From a virus: a DNA stretch of 64,000 bases. Every line of letters starts with the position of its first letter. Position 1 is the stretch's first letter. A program made the translations under genes and the position numbers. This document shows positions 41,750-49,862 of this stretch, in pieces. The stretch is from positions 30,365 to 94,364 of the IMG/VR virus record IMGVR_UViG_3300037961_003440; one strand, written 5' to 3'. Under the pieces are notes generated by a model. The model saw nothing but the letters and a program-made list of their open reading frames with translations. It made no database searches and was not told the origin of the DNA.

Positions 41750-42016
41750 TTATTCTTCCTCTCGGAAATCATCAAGTGTAGTCTGTCCTGTTTCTTCAAA
41801 TGGTAGGGGTTTATTTAGTTCATCTACTACTGCTGTAAATAAATGTTTAGGTAATACACCCTCAATTCTATAAACCATTAATTTACCAACACATCTTAAA
41901 TGATAATATGATTCTTCACCATTTGGTAGTAATTGTATTAAACCTTCTTCTACACCATTAAATTCTTCTCTACAATAATGACACTTTTTTCCTTGTTCTA
42001 TTTTTCTTATTTTCAT
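41750..42016 (-). CDS. Zn-finger protein with PIP box
   Basis: CHYC...YHLRC; GQTTLDDF. Confidence 0.6.
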   Translation of the reverse strand: MKIRKIEQGKKCHYCREEFNGVEEGLIQLLPNGEESYYHLRCVGKLMVYRIEGVLPKHLFTAVVDELNKPLPFEETGQTTLDDFREEE

Positions 42017-43515
42017 AGTTTCACCTCTAATTCTTTTATTTGAGTTGGTTCAGATTTATCATCTCGGTGCTTAACATATCTTGGGAATCTTAAACCATAT
42101 TCACCAGATTCGTTTTTAGTAATCATATCACCCTTTACCTCAATAATAATATCTTCCCTATCTTGTTGGTTATACAGTCGGGTTAAAAATATTATGTCCT
42201 CTTCTGTAAAACCACTACCTACTCTACCAAAAGAAACTAATTCATCTTCATCTTTAATAGCAATATCAAATGAAGAATAATATCCTGTTAATCTTCCTGA
42301 ACCTGCATGGGCATCAGTAATTATAACATCAATATCAACCATAGGAGGTTTATATTTTAACCAACCTTTACTTCTTGCACCAAAATCATAAGACATAGAT
42401 GGGTCTTTTACAATAACACCTTCAAATCCTGCTTCAATTGCTTCATTATAAACTTCTATAAATTCTTCTTGAGTATTGACCTCTACCATATTAGCAATTA
42501 ATTCATTACCAAAGTGCATTTTTAGTGTTTCCCAACGGGTATCTAAATCATCTTCAAATACAGGTTGTCCACCATACATTAAACAATCAAACAATTTAAT
42601 AGTTACAGGATTACGATAAATTACTTCTTCGGTCTTACCGTGAATGCGACTCATAATATTCTTAAATTCAGCAGGATTACCTTCTGTATCAACAGGATAA
42701 ATTTCACCATCAACAATCCAATCCACAGGGTCTGAGTTTTTACCAATTAAAGGTATCAAATCATTTTCAAACTTAGATGTAATATCATCACCTTTACGAT
42801 TAAATATTTTAATACCATCTGCATTTTGATGAACCTGCGCTCTAATTCCGTCATATTTATAATCACAAAATCTACGATTTCTTACTGTAAAGTTTCCACC
42901 TTTTGCTAACATTGGTTTCATATAATTACCTGCCTCCGGTACATATACCAAAGCGTTATTATTAACACATTGAGATATAACATCCTCAATAGGCAAAAAA
43001 CTTACAGCCTTTTTAATATCACTTGCAGGTATTCCATATGTCTTTTGTAGTATTTTCTTAACGACATTTGTGCCGCATTTGTTTCTTGTTTGGTTTAACA
43101 AAAATGCTGCTAACCATTTTTTACCTAAAGCATCTACATTATCAAAGCAATACATAATTTGATTAAATACAGAATCCATATTTTCACCATGTAAAGCAGT
43201 ATAAACTTCTGCTACTGTAATATCATTATTTCCATCAGCCTCATCAAATAATGTTTCAATTGCTTCTCCTAATCCGCCATGTATTTCTACTAAGGTTTCT
43301 ATTGTTTCACTATCTACATTATATTTATCAGCGACTCTTTTAATAAGACCCGTTTCACCTGCACCATTATTAGGATAATTTCTTGCCCATAGGTTTAACA
43401 TTTCTTCAACATTATCCATTGGATTATCATCAAAATACTTTACCATTTGTGTAGGTGTCATATCTATAAATTCTTCATTAATTCTTGCAAAATCGTTCCA
43501 CATCATTTTTTTCAC
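42013..43515 (-). CDS. lig: ATP-dependent DNA ligase
   Basis: KYDGIR, VDGEI, EGVIVK, WLKYK, RVGSGFT, LRFPRY. Confidence 0.97.
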   Translation of the reverse strand: MKKMMWNDFARINEEFIDMTPTQMVKYFDDNPMDNVEEMLNLWARNYPNNGAGETGLIKRVADKYNVDSETIETLVEIHGGLGEAIETLFDEADGNNDITVAEVYTALHGENMDSVFNQIMYCFDNVDALGKKWLAAFLLNQTRNKCGTNVVKKILQKTYGIPASDIKKAVSFLPIEDVISQCVNNNALVYVPEAGNYMKPMLAKGGNFTVRNRRFCDYKYDGIRAQVHQNADGIKIFNRKGDDITSKFENDLIPLIGKNSDPVDWIVDGEIYPVDTEGNPAEFKNIMSRIHGKTEEVIYRNPVTIKLFDCLMYGGQPVFEDDLDTRWETLKMHFGNELIANMVEVNTQEEFIEVYNEAIEAGFEGVIVKDPSMSYDFGARSKGWLKYKPPMVDIDVIITDAHAGSGRLTGYYSSFDIAIKDEDELVSFGRVGSGFTEEDIIFLTRLYNQQDREDIIIEVKGDMITKNESGEYGLRFPRYVKHRDDKSEPTQIKELEVKL

Positions 43516-43591
43516 TCTCCTATAAATTCACCGATAAACGGCATTACACTAAACTTATCTAATATACTTATCAAATATATTTCAAAAAACA

Positions 43592-43810
43592 TCATTCTTC
43601 ACTCTCCCTGAGTTCTAACATTTCTTTATATTCATTTTCATACTTGTATGGTTTCTCTAACGCATAAAGTAAATCATCTACACTTACACCTTTTACATCA
43701 TGTAAAAATCTACATAGTGCTACGATATTATTATGGTCTGCATACCATTCCCAATATTTTTTATTTTCCATTTTATTCATCTTCATCATCTCCTGTATTC
43801 CATTCTCCAA
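43592..43810 (-). CDS. Hypothetical protein
   Basis: Operon ORF. Confidence 0.55.
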   Translation of the reverse strand: MENGIQEMMKMNKMENKKYWEWYADHNNIVALCRFLHDVKGVSVDDLLYALEKPYKYENEYKEMLELRESEE

Positions 43811-44054
43811 ATTCTAAATCATCTTCTTTCTTTTCTATAACCCTATCATTAAAATTAACTGATGCTATCTTAACATGATTAACAGTTAATCTTGTTTTTG
43901 TTTTATCTCCACCTGCTTCTTCATTACAAAATTCAGCAAACTGTTCCAAAATTCTTTCGGCTCTTGTTTGAAATTCTGTAATTGCTACCAAAGGCAATTG
44001 TCTATCGGGTGCTATCTTCTCAAATATTCTTTTTATTTCTCTTACGCTAACCAT
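43773..44054 (-). CDS. Histone-fold protein with acidic tail
   Basis: REIKRIFEKIAPDRQLPLVAITEFQTRAERILEQFAEFCNEEA..KTKTRLTVNHVKIA matches alpha1-L1-alpha2-L2-alpha3 spacing. Confidence 0.7.
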   Translation of the reverse strand: MVSVREIKRIFEKIAPDRQLPLVAITEFQTRAERILEQFAEFCNEEAGGDKTKTRLTVNHVKIASVNFNDRVIEKKEDDLEFGEWNTGDDEDE

Positions 44055-44464
44055 TTATTTACACTCTCCTTGTTGTAAAAATATTTTGGATTTTCAACTT
44101 CTTTAAGGTTCAAGGCAATCCAAACCGAACCACTTAGAGAATCAACTCTAATTACTTCATAGTTTTCTGTAACAATATATGTTTCTACATTTGGCGTTTT
44201 ACCATACAATCTTTGTATTTCTTGTGATACCGATTGAATATTATCAACAATATATTTTATTATTAACGGCATTTGTATTTCCACATATGGTTCAGAATCT
44301 AATTCATATATCCCTGTTTGATTACAAACATTACAATTTTGTCCATTACATATAGGGCATTTAATTTCTAAATTAGATAATACAGGAAACCTTACTCTTC
44401 GGACTCGTCTAATTCCATTAGATTCGTCTTGCTTAGAAATTGCTTTTCTTTGCTTTTCCACCAT
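44042..44464 (-). CDS. Zn-finger protein (CxxCxG..CxxC)
   Basis: CPICNGQNCNVCNQTG. Confidence 0.55.
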   Translation of the reverse strand: MVEKQRKAISKQDESNGIRRVRRVRFPVLSNLEIKCPICNGQNCNVCNQTGIYELDSEPYVEIQMPLIIKYIVDNIQSVSQEIQRLYGKTPNVETYIVTENYEVIRVDSLSGSVWIALNLKEVENPKYFYNKESVNKWLA

Positions 44465-44817
44465 TTCATTCTCTCCTTATCACCAATTACAATTGCTGAA
44501 TTAAGAATAGGTAATTGAGTATTAATAGTATTCCAATCTGTATCACTAAAATAAGCCGCCCCAAATGGGTGAGTATGAATCCAGCATTTAAGCGGTATTC
44601 TCATACCAACAACTGATTCATCTTCGTAATCAACAAAACTTCTTGTACCTTTACTAATAAACAAATTATCATTACTGTCTACTATAACTGATACTTCTTT
44701 TTCATTTAGTATTTCTGTTGATAATTCCCATATAGCATTTAAGAAAACCTCACTTTCATAATTACTTTCTTCTTCATCAAACATTTCTTTTAATTTATCT
44801 TTTGCTTCTGTCCACAT
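44392..44817 (-). CDS. JAB/MPN+ metalloprotease (deubiquitinase-like)
   Basis: E(KEV)...WIHTHP...FSDTD = E-HxH-x7-S-x2-D JAMM motif. Confidence 0.88.
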   Translation of the reverse strand: MWTEAKDKLKEMFDEEESNYESEVFLNAIWELSTEILNEKEVSVIVDSNDNLFISKGTRSFVDYEDESVVGMRIPLKCWIHTHPFGAAYFSDTDWNTINTQLPILNSAIVIGDKERMKWWKSKEKQFLSKTNLMELDESEE

Positions 44818-45023
44818 TATTCATCACCTTCATATTCAAATCCTAATTGTTCTTGTCTTTCTTTTCCACAATCAAAAGGGTTAGAGTGGATTTGACCACT
44901 AATCCTTGAATTGATTATTTTTATATTTGGTTCACCTTCTTTAATTAGTTTCCCACATAATCTACATTTTGCATTTCCTGTTCCTACACTTAATATCCAT
45001 TCTGTCATTATACACACATCCAT
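44817..45023 (-). CDS. Zn-finger microprotein
   Basis: AKCRLCGKLIKEGE...H....C. Confidence 0.5.
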   Translation of the reverse strand: MDVCIMTEWILSVGTGNAKCRLCGKLIKEGEPNIKIINSRISGQIHSNPFDCGKERQEQLGFEYEGDE

Positions 45024-45541
45024 TTTGGTTTATCTCTTTTCTTATATTCACTTCTCCAACCTTTCCATTGTTTATCACCCATGTAAAAATTACGATAAGC
45101 CAACAAACTATTTCCTTCTACTTTATATTCATCAGGCATACATTGAGGCGGTTCTTGAAATCCATTATCTTTTAATCTTGATGGTGGTTTTCTCAATAAC
45201 TCTCTCAATTTACTATCCGATTCATGTACTTTACCGTAGCGATAAGTATATTCATCACATAATGCTTCAAATACATCATACATAAAATTGTAATGTTGTA
45301 CAGATTCTCTAACCCAAATTGTTGTAGGGTGATTCAAATGAGCAATCTTATACAGTTTTTGCATATCTTTTGGTAATCCTACAAATACATATTTACCATC
45401 TACTTCATGATAATATTGGTCTACAACCCTATGAGTCGTAGATAGCATTTGTGCATATTCTAAAATCATCTTAATACAATGTGCATTATTATGACTCTTT
45501 GCAATTTCTTTAGCGGTTTCTTCTATGTAAAAGAAATTCAT
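45008..45541 (-). CDS. Pyrimidine-dimer DNA glycosylase/T4 endonuclease V-like family
   Basis: MNFFY..H..KMILEYAQMLST..HLNHPTTIWVRES..LCDEYTYRYGKVH..PPQCMP. Confidence 0.75.
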   Translation of the reverse strand: MNFFYIEETAKEIAKSHNNAHCIKMILEYAQMLSTTHRVVDQYYHEVDGKYVFVGLPKDMQKLYKIAHLNHPTTIWVRESVQHYNFMYDVFEALCDEYTYRYGKVHESDSKLRELLRKPPSRLKDNGFQEPPQCMPDEYKVEGNSLLAYRNFYMGDKQWKGWRSEYKKRDKPKWMCV

Positions 45542-45718
45542 TCATCTTCCTCCATTATGTCAGGGTACAAAACTCTCCCAATACAATACAATATAATCAT
45601 TCCCATAATTCCTATAAATAATGTTCTCATTAATCATCACCTTCATCGCAACAATCATCATTTAATGTAGAAACTCCTACACCTATCCCAAATAACCAAA
45701 ATAATAATCCCACATTAA

Positions 45719-46276
45719 TCACCCATTTATCCTAAAATGCTTTTCAACATAATCTCCATTAAACCATCTTTGAATCCATTGAGCACCATAACCTGCAATT
45801 ACAACTTGCATAAAATTAACTCCTTCAGGTTCTCCTTCCCAAGAATCACCTTGACAACTAAAACTACCATCTGGGCCACTTGTAAATACATTATATAATT
45901 CAGGTTTTTCTAAATGTGAAATCATAGCGGCATTTCTCGCTTGCGCTCTAAGGTCTAACCATTTAACTTTAGAATTATACATTGTTCTTCTAATATCTAA
46001 ATTGTCGGCACAACAAACAACTAAATCATATCCTTTTAATTGTCCTGCTGTTAATACAGGATAAGGTTGTGCATTAACATTATACCTTTTAGACATAGCA
46101 TTAACTTTCTTTTCATCTAAATCTTCTTTGGTAAAGTTTTGATATGTTAGATTCTTTTCCTCTACAATATCAGGGTCATAAACTGTTATATCATATATCC
46201 CTACTTTATCCAATAGTGGTATTAGAAAACTTCCAATTCCACCTGCGCCTATCAACATTACTTTTCTCTTACTCAT
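45719..46276 (-). CDS. E1-like ThiF/MoeB adenylating enzyme
   Basis: GAGGIGS, DPDIVEEKNLTYQ, KV, CADNLDIRR; C-terminal SCQ Cys. Confidence 0.9.
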   Translation of the reverse strand: MSKRKVMLIGAGGIGSFLIPLLDKVGIYDITVYDPDIVEEKNLTYQNFTKEDLDEKKVNAMSKRYNVNAQPYPVLTAGQLKGYDLVVCCADNLDIRRTMYNSKVKWLDLRAQARNAAMISHLEKPELYNVFTSGPDGSFSCQGDSWEGEPEGVNFMQVVIAGYGAQWIQRWFNGDYVEKHFRING

Positions 46277-46898
46277 TTTTTCTCACTTTCCTTAAGTTCC
46301 TTTTTAATCTCGGCAAACTAACTCCGAATTTTTTACACACTTCTTTTTGAGTATATGGTGTGTGTTCATATACATATGCGGCAATAATACCTCTTGTTAG
46401 AGTCTGCGATTTATTCCAAAATTTACACGCATCGCTAACTTCTTTAGAATTGATTTCCATATTAAATAAAAACTCGTCAATATCATTTATACCAAACACT
46501 CCAGAATTAGAATAATGTCTTGCAATCTTTTTTGCTAATCTTGATGCTCTTGATATTTTACAACCTAAGAATTTACAATACTTTCGCAAATTTGTCGGTT
46601 TATTTAAATCTCTCATTGTGTAATATAATATAGCGACAGCCCTTTCAGCACTATCATAACTATAATATAAATTAGTATAAGATATATACTTGTCATTTTT
46701 TAATACTTCTTCCTTATCTTCTATGTCATATTCATTTAATAACATTGTTAAATCATTTATCATTACCTTATTATTAGGTAATATATCATTAACCTCATAT
46801 ATTCTATAAGCCTGAATACATCCACAAACTGAACAAACAGGGAGATTAATTTCTTTGTTTAAGTTCAGGTGCTTCGCTTGACAATTTACACACGGCAT
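46269..46898 (-). CDS. Transcription factor B (TFB/TFIIB)-like protein
   Basis: N-terminal Zn ribbon CVNC..VCSVCG; two cyclin-like repeats (AVAILYYTMR; IIAAYVY..TQKEVCKKFGVS). Confidence 0.8.
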   Translation of the reverse strand: MPCVNCQAKHLNLNKEINLPVCSVCGCIQAYRIYEVNDILPNNKVMINDLTMLLNEYDIEDKEEVLKNDKYISYTNLYYSYDSAERAVAILYYTMRDLNKPTNLRKYCKFLGCKISRASRLAKKIARHYSNSGVFGINDIDEFLFNMEINSKEVSDACKFWNKSQTLTRGIIAAYVYEHTPYTQKEVCKKFGVSLPRLKRNLRKVRKNE

Positions 46899-48093
46899 CC
46901 CAATCTAACCTAATATCAGTTTGTTCTTTTTCATGCCCATTAATATATCTACTAACTGTTGAAACTAATTTTACTAACATAGTATCATTCATACAAGCAA
47001 ATGCTCTTGCTGCAAATTGGTCACCAACAGATGCACCACTTGATAAATTATCAATACAAATTGGCCCTGCCCAATAAGGTTGTTTATCGGTATTATTTAT
47101 TACATTAGGTATTTCAAGATTAACATTTTGTGTAGTTTGTGTAGTTAGTACATATGTGCTAACATCTTGAATACCTCTTTTAGATTGATTATCAACAATC
47201 ATCCAATCAGCAAATTTACCTCTAACAAACATAGCCAAAACTTCTTGACCATTTCTTGTAAAAGTGCCTTTAGTAACATTATCGTATTTATTAACCATAT
47301 CATTAAACAATTCCATAGCCCTTTGTTCAGCCAAATCACTTCTTCTATTTTGCTTCAAAAATTCTTTCATAATTTTAATCTGTGCAGGAGTGGCTTTTTC
47401 ACCAACAGTTCTAAACCATAATTCAGCAGGTGAAACCATATACCACTTACCCGTTCTTTTATTATAAAGATAGGAATTGATAAATGTATTCAAATCTCTT
47501 GTACTAATTTCACCCCATACACCACTACTAATTTCAAGTGCATAGTTATCTTCAGCGATTCTCATCAAAGACAAACGAGTATTTCTTTCTTTGACACCTT
47601 CTGTTGTTCTTTCAAAGAATTTATACGGCACTCTATTTTCCATAGCATAAGATACATTTTCAGGAACATAAATACATCTAAAGAAATAATCATCTAACGC
47701 TTCTTGTGCTTCTTCTCCTTCGCCATTAATATAAGCAGAACGCATTATTGTTCTACTAATTGCTTTCATAATAGTATCAAGGTTAGCAAATTCACCGTTA
47801 GCCATATATCTATTGCCGACTTTACGCATATTAATTAGATATTTGCAATTACCAATTCTCATCATTATACTTTTCTTTGGGTCAGACCTAACAATAGAAA
47901 CGATACCTATTGTGCTTTTTAATGCACTATGTATGCTTTCAATTGTTGGCTCTTTAGAAATATTATTTCTTTGTCTTTGTGCCCAAATATCAATATTTCT
48001 ATTTCTTGGTATTTGTCTTGAAACTAATTTAGTTTCTATTATTGCCGTTCTATCATCGCTTGCGTGTCTTATTCTAAAAATTATTTCTCCCAT
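46846..48093 (-). CDS. Hypothetical protein with candidate E2-like active-site motif
   Basis: IPNV...GPICIDNL resembles UBC HPN...GxICLDIL; two genes upstream of E1. Confidence 0.35.
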   Translation of the reverse strand: MGEIIFRIRHASDDRTAIIETKLVSRQIPRNRNIDIWAQRQRNNISKEPTIESIHSALKSTIGIVSIVRSDPKKSIMMRIGNCKYLINMRKVGNRYMANGEFANLDTIMKAISRTIMRSAYINGEGEEAQEALDDYFFRCIYVPENVSYAMENRVPYKFFERTTEGVKERNTRLSLMRIAEDNYALEISSGVWGEISTRDLNTFINSYLYNKRTGKWYMVSPAELWFRTVGEKATPAQIKIMKEFLKQNRRSDLAEQRAMELFNDMVNKYDNVTKGTFTRNGQEVLAMFVRGKFADWMIVDNQSKRGIQDVSTYVLTTQTTQNVNLEIPNVINNTDKQPYWAGPICIDNLSSGASVGDQFAARAFACMNDTMLVKLVSTVSRYINGHEKEQTDIRLDWDAVCKLSSEAPELKQRN

Positions 48094-48094
48094 T

Positions 48095-49291
48095 TTAATT
48101 ACCTCTTAATTCTGTTATCATTTCACTTGCTTCAGTTTTTGTTAGACCATCTCTAACTGTTCCACCTAATCTCTCAATATATTTTATTTGTTTTAGTGTA
48201 GCGGGTTGATTGGGATTAGGTGCAATAATGTTAAGTAAAGCATTTAATTGTTTAACGGATAGTGGTTTTCTGTTGATTATTCTATTTGACATATCGTTTA
48301 GAAATGTTTTCTCCCAAGCATTTTTACCTTCTTCAACTGAAAATACAGGTATATCATAATATTCACAGGCTTCTTGTAAAGCATTATTATCATATTCTGT
48401 TTTTGTTTCAGCACGAATTCTTTTTGCTTCTTCAATCATTCGCTGTCTACTTTCTTCTGCTAATCTATCTTGTTCTGATTGTTGTTCACGAATATATGCT
48501 ATTCTTTGTTCAACCTCTTCTCTCTTTTCATCTAATTGTTTTTCAAACTTTTGTGTTTTAGCAAACAATAACTGAACATCTCTCCATAGTTTTTCATTAG
48601 GATAACCTCTTGTTTTAATTTGCGCTTTAGGATTATCTGGGTGATTCCATCTCCAAACAACAGAAGCCATTTTACCTAAAGAACCCGATTTAGTTTTAGC
48701 AATTACATAGTGAGGTTCATATCTCTTAGTTTTATAATCATAATATTTACCCTTTGAACGAACATTAATTCTAATATCTAAATTCTTAACTTCATTAAAT
48801 AATTCATTCCAATCATCACCGTGTTCTTTCCACCACCATTCGGCTTTCATAGTTTTAACGGATTCTTTCATCCATTCAATAATTTTTTCTTCGGTAATTG
48901 CATCTTCAGGTATTCCTTTATTTTCTTTTAGATGTCTAATAATCATCCAATTAGTAATATGTTCACTACCAAGAATTTCTAATATTCCATTTTCAGTATT
49001 TTCTACTTCAAAATGCCAAGCAATAGGATGTCCACATACACAATAATTAGGGTGATTATCACAATGAGGTTCAGGTAATTCAAGATGTTCTGTATGAGCA
49101 TATCTTAAAGGTCTATACCAAACATTACCTGTTGCTCTCCATTCATGTTTTACTTCTTCCCAATCATCAGATACACTAATTTCAGTTAGTCTATTAATTA
49201 ATGCTTGATTTAATGCACCGCTTTTTAATTCAATATTATGGTTTTCTTCACCTTCAATATTATATTCTATAAAATCTTCCACATTAATCAC
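48095..49291 (-). CDS. Zn-binding protein with coiled coil and shared C-terminal helical module
   Basis: CVCGHPI...GSEHI; tail ATLKQIKYIERLGG..LTKTEASEMITELR. Confidence 0.55.
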   Translation of the reverse strand: MINVEDFIEYNIEGEENHNIELKSGALNQALINRLTEISVSDDWEEVKHEWRATGNVWYRPLRYAHTEHLELPEPHCDNHPNYCVCGHPIAWHFEVENTENGILEILGSEHITNWMIIRHLKENKGIPEDAITEEKIIEWMKESVKTMKAEWWWKEHGDDWNELFNEVKNLDIRINVRSKGKYYDYKTKRYEPHYVIAKTKSGSLGKMASVVWRWNHPDNPKAQIKTRGYPNEKLWRDVQLLFAKTQKFEKQLDEKREEVEQRIAYIREQQSEQDRLAEESRQRMIEEAKRIRAETKTEYDNNALQEACEYYDIPVFSVEEGKNAWEKTFLNDMSNRIINRKPLSVKQLNALLNIIAPNPNQPATLKQIKYIERLGGTVRDGLTKTEASEMITELRGN

Positions 49292-49539
49292 TCCATACCT
49301 GCATTAAACAATTGCTGCTCTAAATATCCATCACACATTTGATTTAGTTTTTCTGCTAAACTTTGTGTAATTCCCGGAATAGTACTTCTGTTTAAACTAA
49401 GCCATATAGTATGTGCCCTATTCAATACAATAATACATCCATTATCATGTTCATTCTTTTTAATTACCACAGGTGGTAATTCTTCGCTTTCTATCAATCT
49501 AAATTCTACTGCTTTCTTTTTATTCATCATTTTTATCAC
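49288..49539 (-). CDS. Hypothetical protein
   Basis: ATGA-coupled ORF. Confidence 0.55.
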   Translation of the reverse strand: MIKMMNKKKAVEFRLIESEELPPVVIKKNEHDNGCIIVLNRAHTIWLSLNRSTIPGITQSLAEKLNQMCDGYLEQQLFNAGME

Positions 49540-49751
49540 TCCATATTCATTAAATGTGTTAAGGGGTCTGTTTTCATCAATTGTTTGCTGAGTAAAATAT
49601 GAGGAAACTTAGATAATAACATTGGTATTACCTTGTTCCAATCAATTTCACTTTCATACTGCTTTGTCCAAACGCTACCGTTTGATTTCAAAGAAGTTAT
49701 CCTTATCACTTTATGCTTTTCTTCATTTTCATAATCCTTGCTTTCGCTCAT
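49536..49751 (-). CDS. Hypothetical protein
   Basis: ATGA-coupled ORF. Confidence 0.5.
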   Translation of the reverse strand: MSESKDYENEEKHKVIRITSLKSNGSVWTKQYESEIDWNKVIPMLLSKFPHILLSKQLMKTDPLTHLMNME

Positions 49752-49862
49752 TCTATCACATCATTTTTTTCTTATTTTTTTTTAAATTCTTGTTTTACCG
49801 GAAGTTTTCGGAAGGAATCCGAAAATTTTAGTATTTTAAGAATTTATATGACACAAAATGTA

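Noticed and set aside
45719-46276. ThiF as a thiamine/molybdopterin biosynthesis gene
   Set aside because: No pathway partners in the window; the JAB and capped Ubl favour conjugation, though the rest of the genome is unseen
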